64,000 nt of DNA from Lingula anatina (lineage: Eukaryota > Animalia > Brachiopoda), in the NCBI GenBank assembly GCA_051362555.1, contig CM120646.1:1798001-1862000 (forward strand). The letters are read 5' to 3'. Under the pieces are notes generated by a model that worked only from the letters and a program-made list of their open reading frames with translations, did not search any database and was not told where the DNA came from. This document shows, in pieces, positions 53,656 through 64,000 of this stretch. The position numbers and the translations under genes were made by a program. Numbering within the stretch: the stretch's first letter is position 1; each line of letters starts with the position of its first letter.

Positions 53656-56600
53656 CTGTAAATATAATAATATAAGTATTATCATCATATAATACTACAT
53701 CAGTATCAAGTTAATTTCTACACACTCCTTCCTGTACTTTATATCAAAGAAAACTCTACAAAAATTAGTAATGATATCTCTCTGAGTTCTGAACTGGTTG
53801 CCATGTTAACATTATAAAAATAAAAAAATATTTCTACATTATTGAAAAGTTTCTTTTAATTCATATTTTACTATTTATAAAATGAAACCTGTTAACAATG
53901 GAAGAAAAAAGTTTTCATTATTTGAAAATACCCCAAACTGAAACTCACCCCCTACTTTGACTAGCCAATGAAAATGCTCCTCTGATTATGTCGTCTGCTA
54001 AACATTTTACTGCCTGGTAAGGAAAGGAAATTATATGAGTAACTGGTAATAAATTACCATTTCTGTATTTTTTTAAAAACTTTTTAAGAAGTAGACAGCT
54101 TTTAAGTGTAGATTTCTCAAAATAATTATCTTTAAGATAACTCCAGTGTCCTTCAATTTATATCCAATTCTTTGCTGATAAACAAATCATTATCAAATTT
54201 TTGACATTCATCTCTAGAAAACTCACAGAGAGAATCATATCCTCCAGAACGTTAGCTTGAGTGTCACGCCAAACTTCAACTGGCTGATAACATATGCCAA
54301 TCTGGAATAACAGTAGCCATGTCACACCACTGTCAAAATTGCCATGTTGGATAACCAAAAAAATGTCACAGTATTTTCAAATTTCCAACTCCCAACAAGT
54401 TCACAAAAGGTGAGTTAGGTGCATTTCAGAAAATATTTTGTAACTAAATATGTTACACCTTGAAAAAATAATTTTAAATATTTGTTCAGAAATTAGTGGC
54501 AATGGAAATGTTTGAGCAATAACAATACTAACATTTCTTCAATCATGTACAAAATTCTATGCATGTCTTACTTCAAGTACGAGTAGCAACTGCTCGTAGA
54601 TTTAAACTTACTTCCCGCGCTGTCTCGTGCACAAACTCAGCAGCTGGACTGATGGGAAGGGTATGTAGTAATGGATCTTTTTTCACTGGAGACTCCTCCT
54701 TGACATCGGATTTGTTGGAACAGGTGTACACATCTGTAAGTGTTTAAGGCGGAGGAAGATAATTAGAACTAGAGGATCAGAGAGGCGATACCGCCTCCAA
54801 ATATTGTACCACCAGCTGGAGCAAGCGCATTCGTATAGACCCCCACATACACAAAATAAGGGACACAGCCACCAGTTTTGTGCTTGACAAGCTGTAAAAA
54901 TGCAATCAACAAGAATTTTTAAACTATTGCAAAATATATATATGGTACAATCAAATTTAAGTTCTTCGTAAGGTAGGTCAAGGGTCAATTTCAAGGTCAC
55001 AGTAAATTGCCAGTATATGACTTCCTATTCAAGGTCAAGAGTAACTATGGACCTATCTCTGTCAAGTTTGAAGTTAAAAGAGAAAGAAATTAGCAGAGTT
55101 CAGTTCATGATAATAAGTAGGTCAAAGGTCATTTTCAAGGTCACACTTAGATTGCCAGTATAGGACTTCCTATTCAACTTCAATAGTAACTATGGACCTA
55201 TCTCAGCCAGTTTTGGAGATAAAAGGGAAGCAAAATTTGCAAAATTCAGTTCATGGTGAAAAGTAGGTCAAAGGTCAATTTCAAGGTCACATTTAGATTG
55301 CCAGTATATGACTTTCTATTCAAGTTCAATAGTAACTATGGACCTATCTCTGCCAGTTTTGGAGATAAAAGGGAAGCAAAATTTGCAAAGTTCAGTTTAT
55401 GGTGAAAAGTAGGACAAAGGTCAATTTTAATGTCACATTTATAATGCCAGTATATGACTTCCTATTCAAGTTCAATAGTAACTACGGACCTATCTCAGCC
55501 AGTTTTGGAGATAAAAGGAAAGCAAAATTTGCAAAATTCAGTTCATGGTGTAAAGTAGGTCAAAGGTCAATTTTAAGGTCACATTTAGATTGCCAGTATA
55601 TGACTTCCTATTCAAGTTCAATAGTAACTATGGACCTATCTCATCCAGTTTTGGAGATAAAAGGGAAGCAAAATTTGCAAAATTCAGTTCATGGTGTAAA
55701 GTAGGTCAAAGGTCAATTTTAAGGTCACATTTAGATTGCCAGTATATGACTTCCTTTTCAAGTTCAATAGTAACTATGGACCTATCTCTGCCAGTTTTGG
55801 AGATTAAAGGGAAGAAAAGTTTGCAAAGTTCAGTTCATGGTGAAAAGTAGGTCAAAGGTCAATTTTAAGGTCACATTTAGATTGCCAGTATATGACTTCC
55901 TATTCAAGTTCAATAGTAACTACGGACCTATCTCAGCCAGTTTTGGAGATAAAAGGAAAGCAAAATTTGCAAAATTCAGTTCATGGTGTAAAGTAGGTCA
56001 AAGGTCAATTTTAAGGTCACATTTAGATTGCCAGTATATGACTTCCTATTCAAGTTCAATAGTAACTATGGACCTATCTCTGCCAGTTTTGGAGATAAAA
56101 GGGAAGAAAAATTTGCAAAGTTCAGTTCATGGTGAAAAGTAGGTCAAAGGTCAATTTTAAGGTCACATATAGATTGCCAGTATATGACTTCCTATTCAAG
56201 TTCAATAGTAACTATGGACCTATCTCTGCCAGTTTTGGAGATAAAAGGGAAGCAAATTTTGCAAAGTTCAGTTTATGGTGAAAAGTAGGTCAAAGGTCAA
56301 TTTTAAGGTCACATTTAGATTGCCAGTATATGACTTCCTATTCAACTTCAATAGTAACTATGGACCTATCTCTGCCAGTTTTGGAGATAAAAGGAAAGCA
56401 AAATTTGCAAAATTCAGTTCATGGTGAAAAGTAGGTCAAAGGTCAATTTTAATGTCACATATAGATTGCCAGTATATGACTTCCTATTCAAGTTCAATAG
56501 TAACTACGGGCCTATCTCTGCCAGTTTTGGAGATAAAAGGAAAGCAAAATTTGCAAAATTCAGTTCATGGTGTAAAGTAGGTCAAAGGTCAATTTTAAGG

Positions 56601-59392
56601 TCACATTTAGATTGCCAGTATATGACTTCCTTTTCAAGTTCAATAGTAACTATGGACCTATCTCTGCCAGTTTTGGAGATAAAAGGGAAGAAAAATTTGC
56701 AAAGTTCAGTTCATGGTGAAAAGTAGGTCAAAGGTCAATTTCAAGGTAATAGTAAGATTGCCAGTATATGACTTCCTATTCAACTTCAATAGTAACTATG
56801 GACCTATCTCTGCCAGTTTTGGAGATATAAGGGACTAGATGTTATAATTTTGGAGTTACCATAATGTGCCTTAAATTTCGTATAGAAAAAATTAATTAAA
56901 ATAAAGAAAATGTCATTTTGGTCAAAATTCTTGAAATAGGAGGTGCTCTGAAGTTTCAGAAGTTCAAATTTGATGAAATAATGTCATTTTTGAACACAAG
57001 TTGTCTGCTTTGCCAAGCCTTATGTTTTATTTTTCCAGAGTTCAAAATTTATTATCCATTACCGTACTGCACATTTTGCTTTTACCACCAATAGAGTCTT
57101 TTCCACGGTCACGTGTCTTCCGCTAAATTATCCGTGGGAACGCGAGATTTTGCGGGATTTGAAGTTTCAGGGGGAAAGTGTGGAGTGTACACGACGGACG
57201 CCATATCGAGGAGTGCTCATTTCGATCTGAATTTTCAAAGTTTCGTAACATGTTATCACTTGATTTTTTCGAAAACACATTCATGGGAGCAGTTGGAATA
57301 GAAATTAAGCAGAAGTACCTGATGACTTTTCAATGAAAGAACTAAAAACTTACCTCATCGACAGCAAAGATAGGACATTCGGTACTTTTGAAGTATACCC
57401 CCCCACCCTGTAACTTCCTGAAACCTTCATTTTTCAAACATTTTTTACAGTGTCTTTTGCACCTATGTCAAAGCTGTTGAAATAAAATGTTTTTGTAATT
57501 ACCTGTGGTCTTTTTATTAGTTTTAATCACGTTTAATCCACCCCATTGAAATACAATGTGAAAATTTACAATGTAACCGCAGTTAATAACTTGCTGCGTT
57601 TTTGTTGGCTAACTCTACCTTATTTTATGTGAACATAGGATTGATACATTGTATACTTGGGTTTCCTCTGTGAAATTATTATGAGCTACTTGTTCACATA
57701 AAATTACCTTAGAGTTAGCCAACGAAAATGCGGCAAGTTATTGACTTCGGGTGTAAATTGAAGATTCTAACTTTGTATTTCAATGGGCTGGATTAAACGT
57801 GATTAACACTAATAAAAAGTCCACAGGTAATTACAAAAGCATTTTATTTCAACAGCTTTGACATAGATAAACAATAAAATGTAAAAAACTGTTTGAAAAG
57901 TGAAAGTTACAGAAAGTTACAGGGTGAGGGGTATACTACAAAAGTACCGAAGGCCCCTTCTGCTCAGTGCCTTCTACCCTTTCCCCCTGAGAAACAGTCC
58001 CGCACAAAATGGCGCGAACTGCGCATGCTCACGATTTCGTGGAAAAGACTCTATATGTACTTTTTGATAGAGCGTAACTCGAAAACCGTATGGAATACAA
58101 AAAAACCGAGACCACCTTCAGTGTTGGGCTTTACATGCTCTACAAAATGCAAAAAAGAATGGGTCTCTAGCATTAACGGTTCCCGAATTAGAGACAGTTT
58201 TCAGTTTCGGTATCTTATGGCCGCTACTCCCGTGAAGATGCACCGATTGACCCCAAATTCATGGAGAAGAAAGATGACCTGAAGGGTAACACTTTCCAAT
58301 AATATTATTGGTTAAGTCTGTGTGGTGTCTGAATAACAGGGCAAAAAAAATTTTTTTCGTAAAAAAATTCATTTTTTTGAAAATTTTGGCCCATTTGAAC
58401 TTGAAGTAGAGGTCAAAGGTCAAATCCAAGGGTATATTTGAAATCTACACATATGACTTTTGGAAAGCCGTCTATAGAAATTTTTCCCATAACTCCTTCC
58501 GTAGGGCAGATAACTAGCATTTAATTTTGCCATTTTTAGACAAGGGTGCATTGCAATGAGTGCCACACCCAGACCCCAATATCGACAAAGCCCAAATTTT
58601 ACATGGAACGAGTTGAGATTATAGGTGACCTAAATACATGAGATGGGTATGGGGGCCCTTACCGTCTAGGAGGAGAAGCGGTAACGGTAGCCGTCCGGCG
58701 GAGCCGGCGGAGCCAACGGAGCCGGCGGAGCCGGCAGAACGATCCGGACGGGACCGAAACCATGTGTACCGCCAGCGCTAACGGCAGAACGATCCGGACG
58801 GGACCGAAACCATGTGTACCGCCAGCGCTAACGCTGGTGGTACAATTAGAAAGTCCTTAAAACTAAAGTACACGAAGGGTGTTAAACTGGTATTCAAATA
58901 TTCAAACATATTATGTGTAAGTTCTCAGTTAAAGCTAATATGATCATGAATCACCTTTGACACTGTTTTTTTTTTAAAGAAAACTTAGATCTTTTACATT
59001 ATCTGTATAACTGACTTAAAAACTCTTGGTCATTTTTACAAACCATGTCCTATCTTTAATTTTTTGGTTACAAATTCATTTTTGACAATCAATCTTTCTC
59101 AATATGATAAAAATCTGTAACAAAACTGATAGCTCCTACAACCATTTGTGAGAATGATATCTTATTTCTTGCCAGAAAATCTCACCATGAAGAACATCTA
59201 TAACTACATCTTCCTCTTCCTGTGTTCCTCTCTTGGCAATGAGGGTGTCTATTTTTTCCATCATATCTTTGGAACCTGTGTAACTGCTAAACTTCTGTCC
59301 GGAGTGGTAGAGACTGGGAAATACCAACTGTCTTGATTCTGAAGCAATTATAACAGAAAATGTTTCATCCATGTCACTCTTTGTTACAAATG

Positions 59393-59438
<46 letters not shown>

Positions 59439-62400
59439 TCTCTCTGTGTGTGTGTGTGTGTGTGAGAGAGAGTATATATTTAATCTATATCTTTTCAACT
59501 TGTACTTTAAACTATAACAGGAGATTTACTATTTCATTCATAATTTTTATCTTAACAAAAGGATGCATAATTTTTTTTTTTTTTGTCCTTTTACTTTTCA
59601 TCTACTTTTCTTAATAATCTGAACGGGTGCTTTGTTTTCAAAAGTTGGGTATCAATTGTTAAACTTTTAGCACACTTAAACACTTAGTAATTTTAATACT
59701 GACCTTGAAGAATTGGAGTATAACAATGATATCTGCACCACAACATAATCTGCTTGGTACTCCACAGTTTCTCTCCTTTAAACTCTTCTTTCCACACTAG
59801 CAGTGTTTTCATCTTTCTTCTTACCCAGCAGGCTCTCTGCCACTGGAGATGTGAAAATATTAAAATACACAATAATAAAATACAAGTTATTCATTCATCT
59901 AATGTCATATACTGAAGAAGAATATTTAAGTACACAATACTCATACGCTATAGCAATTATGATCCTTACTAGTCACAAAACTATTGGTTTTTATCTATAG
60001 ATTATGTGTGTGAGAGAGAGAGAGGTAAACCACTGAGTACTAATACTACACATATTTAATTTGTAATATGTTAAAAACCAAACATGATTCTTATCTTATT
60101 CATTCATTTTATGTCAACCACTGCAGAAAATTTCTCACCTCAGCTGCCCTCCTTTTTCCGATATTCCACTTGAAGAAATCTTCCTTTGTCTTTGCACAGT
60201 AAGGATGCAAGTGCCTGTGAATGGGTGGAGAATCATTCTCCTCACCAGAGGCTGCTGAAACAAGACAAACTCCTCTAAGACAGCACCCTTACATCACATC
60301 ACAAATTTAATTCCTACATCATTTTCAAATATATACTTAATATCTTTCACAGAACTGGCTTAACATTTCAGACAAAGCCAACCTTTTGAGAAAGACCCAT
60401 TCCAGAGTGACAAAACAAACAATAATTTTGGCTTGGGCAATTTCAAGAGCTGACACTATTAGGAGTAAATCTGCATTTCTTCTGCAATCTAATAGTCATG
60501 CTGAATATTTTTAATGTGTTTTACCTGTGTATGTTGCCACCAGGGGGTGTTGTTTCACCAAGGTTTTCACAAGACACTCCATGTCCTCCATATCCGATAA
60601 ACTGGCAAAGAAAAATCAAATAATCAATTGTCATATTGGTTAAGTGAAGGTTGAGAGAGAGAGAAAGAGAATAAGGTGTGTGTGTGTGTTTGTGTGTGTG
60701 TGTGTTTTAAGTAAAGAGCATGAGAGAGAGAGAGAGGACAGAGTGAGAGACTTATGCATTTTACATTGAGGCCCTGTCAACAAACTTCCATGTTGCCACT
60801 GTACAAAGTAAAACATCCACATTCACAGCCACAGGTAAATTTTAACTACTTGAGTACTAGCCTAGGCTGTATTATAAATATTTATACCTGATTACTCTCT
60901 CAATGTCTACATTTTCCGTTGTCCTCGAGTCCTCAGCTACCAATGAGTTTTTCTTGGACATAATGCTCTTGGATTCTGACAAATGTTTTTCATTGGCTGA
61001 TCCAACCACATAGGTGGCGCCATGTGTCAACTTTGCAGATGGTTGCTTACTATTCCCTAAAATAATTGTTCTAATTTTAAACAGACGGTTTAGACTGGTT
61101 GGACTTCAGAGTGGAACTTAAGCTAATTCAAACCCATTTTGACATTGAAAATTTTATTTTCTCTCTCTTTTTTAAAATAAATATAAAATATCAAACCACA
61201 TTTGACAGCTACAATCTGTCAGATTCTTCTCTCAGCCTTTTATCCTTCACCTTACCTGTGGCAACATTAAACTGCTGCACATTTTTCCCCAGCACCGCCG
61301 GCACCAACATAAGTGGCGCACTGGTGCCAGAGGTGCTGGTGGCGCCGCCCTGTTGGTTGATCACCAAAAATGGCTGTCCTCCAATCATGGTGACTATATT
61401 TTGAGAGACTGTTGAAGTTGAGGCAGATGACACAGCTGGAGAGGAGGCAGTCACTGCCACAGTAGGTGAGGTAACTGCCACATTGATATCTTTAATCATG
61501 GTGTTCTGGGCTGCAAAAAGAATAAGCACCTTAAGGCTCTGGTATTAACAAATAACAATTTTAACAGTTGGTGACTTATGATTAAACTTGTTTTTCTTAT
61601 TTTTTAATTCTTAAAAATCAGCAACTTAATAAAACATTTCAATTTAAGAAGTGATGAAAACAGCAGGCAAACATTTTTTTCTCACTTCACTAATTAACAC
61701 ATGTTAAAATAACAAAAAAGAAAATAACATTGAACTTAAAAAACACACACACACACACACACACATAGGGGCAAGGGGGGGATTGACAATAAACATACCT
61801 GGTTGAGACAGAGCAGAAGCTGCAGGGTTTTCTTTCCTCCCAACTGAACTCTTGACCACTGTCCAATGTCCTACCTGACCACCAGAATTACCAGAAACCG
61901 ATGTCCCCAAAGTGACCTTTTGTGTGGGGATGCCCAAGTCACTGGCACGGGGTTCTGAGTCAGAACTCGAGGCATTCTGGACGACAGTCAACTGAGCAGA
62001 ATTACTGAGCACCTGACCAACAGCACTCTCTTGCTTTATCCCCTGAGATAATACAAGGTGGTGGACCTTCTGGCCTCCTGCTAGATTCTGGGGTGCCACC
62101 CCTGGGTCCACAAACTGCACAGGCTCCATCTGAGGGGGGTTTGACCCAGTGAGGGCACTTATGCCCAGCTGTGCAGCAGAGAGGGCCCCTGGTTCCTGCT
62201 TTATGGTCACACTTATCCCTCCAGTGGGGCTACCATGCCCGGGGATTATTGATCCAGGGGTGTTAACAGGGGTTCCAGCCCTCCCCAGGAGGTGAACGGG
62301 AGTTCCTGGATGTGACCTGGCAGGACTGCTACGAGATGACCCAGGAAGAGAGACTAAATTAACTGGAGTGCCACCCCTGGGACTGCCGGGTTCTGACTTG

Positions 62401-63818
62401 ATATACACCCCCTGGGCTGAGGTGGGTCTCTGGGGTGATGCCCCTGGGGTGGTACTCCCTGATCTCTGTGTCTGTGGAGTGCCCCCTTGTATCAACACAG
62501 CTCTCCCAGGGGAGAAACTGGGTGAGGGGGTGCCTTTCACAATGCCTTTCAGCACAGACCCAGGCTTCAATATTGACACCTGACCTTGACCTGAATTTAT
62601 AATCTGACCCTGAACTTGAATTCCCACTTGTGCCTGCTGACCTTGACCTACTTTCTGAGGCGACCTAAGAAGAGATGTAACGGCAGCAGTGACAGCTTGG
62701 TTTGAGGAGTTATTCAGTCCACCTATTCTTGTCCCTGAGATTGTGAAGCTTTTTCCTAAAAGGCTTGTGGCTGAGTTTACAGCACCACTGGATGCCGTTT
62801 TCGCCACTCCAGTATTCTGCCCTGAAACAGATCGACCTAATTTTGTAGGAGATTGTTGCAGTACAGGAGATGGATTCCCCTGCACAAGTGCACTGTTTTG
62901 CAAAAATACAATTGGCTGGGAGCCTTGACCTTGGCCAAGTGACAGCATCTGACCTTGACCTTTGGGACTCAGTCTGCCTCCCAACAAGACATCCGAACCT
63001 GAATTCAATTGTAGGACTTTCCCCTGAGGTATGGCTGCACCCTGTGGGGCTGTGGCGCCCCCTGGTGTGCTTTTGACCAATAAATGTTGCGGAATGAGGT
63101 AGACTTTGCCCTGGGCATCAACACACCTGACGTAGACATTACTTGAGCCAGCTGCCGACACTTTGCTGTCTGCTGCAGGGAGTTTCACTTTCACTGGAGT
63201 TTGTTTACCTGGTGGCAATTTAGTCATTAGTATTTGATCTGTATTGCTATTTATCACTGGTAAATTCTCCTGTGTTACCACAGATGCCAAGGTGTTTTTA
63301 GCTTTGGTGTCTATTGGGGCTGATCCCATCAAAGGTAATGCAGCTGCAGCTTTTAGTCCTGGAGAATTGCTTCCTCCCAAATTGTCAGTTTTAAGTGAAT
63401 CACATTTTGTTTTTCCCACAGGACTTTTAGAGTTATCGCGAGGGGCTGTGCCGACCCCAAGCTTCTCCTGATGACCTGAATGAGAGTTGTCTATTTTCTT
63501 CATCTGTAATTGGCAAACAGGGTCAGAAAAGTTTTTAGTGGGCGTATTGCTTTCAGTACTACTCATGGCATTCTGAACCAAACCATTCTTTTTCACTGGA
63601 GTGACAACTTGATTAAATTTATCTCCAGCAGTTTTCACTTTAGCAGTGTCTGAGCTAGATTTTAGCTTAGAAGTACTTTCTTCTGTTCTTTTCATCTGGA
63701 ATTCTGTATGGTTTGTTACGCTTTCTGCTACTGGTGATGCTGATGTTGTCAATGTCGCAGCAGCTGTTTTTGCAACAGGGACTATACTCTCTGCTTTTTC
63801 TAGATCGACATCTACAAC
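53511..63818 (-). CDS. YEATS2: YEATS domain-containing protein 2 (ATAC complex), 3' 11 exons; 5' part beyond the window
   Basis: join(63818-61799,61510-61256,61056-60888,60601-60525,60254-60139,59842-59704,59338-59186,54733-54612,54301-54227,54013-53949,53655-53511) = 3336 nt, phase-consistent GT-AG. Motifs VVDVDLE (end of YEATS domain), WNIGKRRAAEWQRA, WCRYHCYTP, VLEDMIL and DFLTNKHLGI match YEATS2. Confidence 0.92.
53949..54013 (-). CDS. YEATS2: YEATS2 exon
   Basis: AVKCLADDIIRGAFSLASQSR; GTGAGT donor. Confidence 0.88.
54227..54301 (-). CDS. YEATS2: YEATS2 exon
   Basis: IGICYQPVEVWRDTQANVLEDMILS. Confidence 0.9.
54612..54733 (-). CDS. YEATS2: YEATS2 exon
   Basis: VYTCSNKSDVKEESPVKKDPLLHTLPISPAAEFVHETARE. 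Confidence 0.87.
54767..58846 (-). mobile_element. Helentron-associated non-autonomous element family 1, copy 2
   Basis: Reverse complement of 25472-29161: same subTIRs and hairpins, ~13 x 146-bp monomers (54960-56830), a nested MITE, and a 50-bp duplication at the 5' end. Confidence 0.9.
57093..58052. mobile_element. 960-bp MITE with AT target duplication (ISL2EU-like), nested in HINE-1 copy 2
   Basis: 15-bp TIR AGAGTCTTTTCCACG; the empty site in copy 1 (accacca-AT-atgtac) shows an AT duplication; internal long palindrome at 57378-57951. Confidence 0.88.
59186..59338 (-). CDS. YEATS2: YEATS2 exon
   Basis: SRQLVFPSLYHSG...EEEDVVIDVLH; phases 1/1. Confidence 0.82.
59704..59842 (-). CDS. YEATS2: YEATS2 exon
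   Basis: WQRACWVRRKMK...LWSTKQIMLWCRYHCYTPILQ. Confidence 0.92.
60139..60254 (-). CDS. YEATS2: YEATS2 exon
   Basis: ...HLHPYCAKTKEDFFKWNIGKRRAAE; CAGCAG tandem acceptor. Confidence 0.88.
60525..60601 (-). CDS. YEATS2: YEATS2 exon
   Basis: LSDMEDMECLVKTLVKQHPLVATYT. Confidence 0.87.
60888..61056 (-). CDS. YEATS2: YEATS2 exon
   Basis: NSKQPSAKLTHGATYVVG...DIERVI; phases 1/2. Confidence 0.8.
61256..61510 (-). CDS. YEATS2: YEATS2 exon
   Basis: QNTMIKDINVAV...IGGQPFLVINQQGG...FNVAT. Confidence 0.82.
61799..63818 (-). CDS. YEATS2: YEATS2 2020-nt exon (low-complexity S/T/G/P/Q/V linker)
   Basis: Long open frame beginning VVDVDLEK after an AG acceptor; GTATGT donor at 61798. Confidence 0.9.
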
Positions 63819-64000
63819 CTTAAAGTTAAGATGATATGTTTATTATGCTATTAGTCGATTTTCATAGAATTTGAGGTTTTATACCAAGACCTAATTAATT
63901 GGTTTTGATATAATTCCTGTAATGTTTAGATCTTTATGTCTTCCTGTACACCTCAGAAAAAAAATACTAGACTAAACATCATGTCCTTTTATTTGAGGAA

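Noticed and set aside
55399-56726. Repeated 101-aa ORFs (MVKSRSKVNF...)
   Set aside because: Translation of the 146-bp satellite, shifting frame at each monomer.
62368-63834. Several + strand ORFs overlapping the large YEATS2 exon
   Set aside because: Antisense shadows of a long GC-richer coding exon.

Overview
AT-rich, intron-rich eukaryotic DNA, probably from a lophotrochozoan invertebrate (inferred from a myohemerythrin gene and Helentron-type satellite elements; the species cannot be determined). Four protein genes were reconstructed by hand with GT-AG junctions and consistent phases. (1) The first coding exon of SPOP (minus, 280-360), whose 5' end probably lies ~15 kb away, head-to-head with the next gene. 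(2) A complete 12-exon RUNDC3 gene (plus, 15495-30196, 689 aa). (3) A complete 4-exon myohemerythrin gene (minus, 38922-36656, 121 aa, all 7 di-iron ligands), which the ORF track captures only in part. (4) The 3' 11 exons of YEATS2 (minus, 63818-53511). The non-coding DNA holds two families of Helentron-associated (HINE/DINE-like) elements with internal satellite arrays (two inverted copies each), several hAT-like MITEs with 5-bp TSDs, Harbinger-like and ISL2EU-like MITEs, an RTE LINE 3' end and many mini/microsatellites. Most interesting: a young perfect-TIR element carrying the 5' end of a RecQ-type helicase gene (AcademH-like); apparent variable-length target duplications around rolling-circle-type elements; tandemly duplicated RUNDC3 splice junctions that create candidate in-frame 27-nt microexons; strong sense-strand AGGTCA enrichment shaping QG/EGQ protein tracts in two unrelated genes; and the hemerythrin gene inside a CpG-retaining domain between CpG-depleted housekeeping genes. 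All homology calls come from recalled motifs, not database searches.
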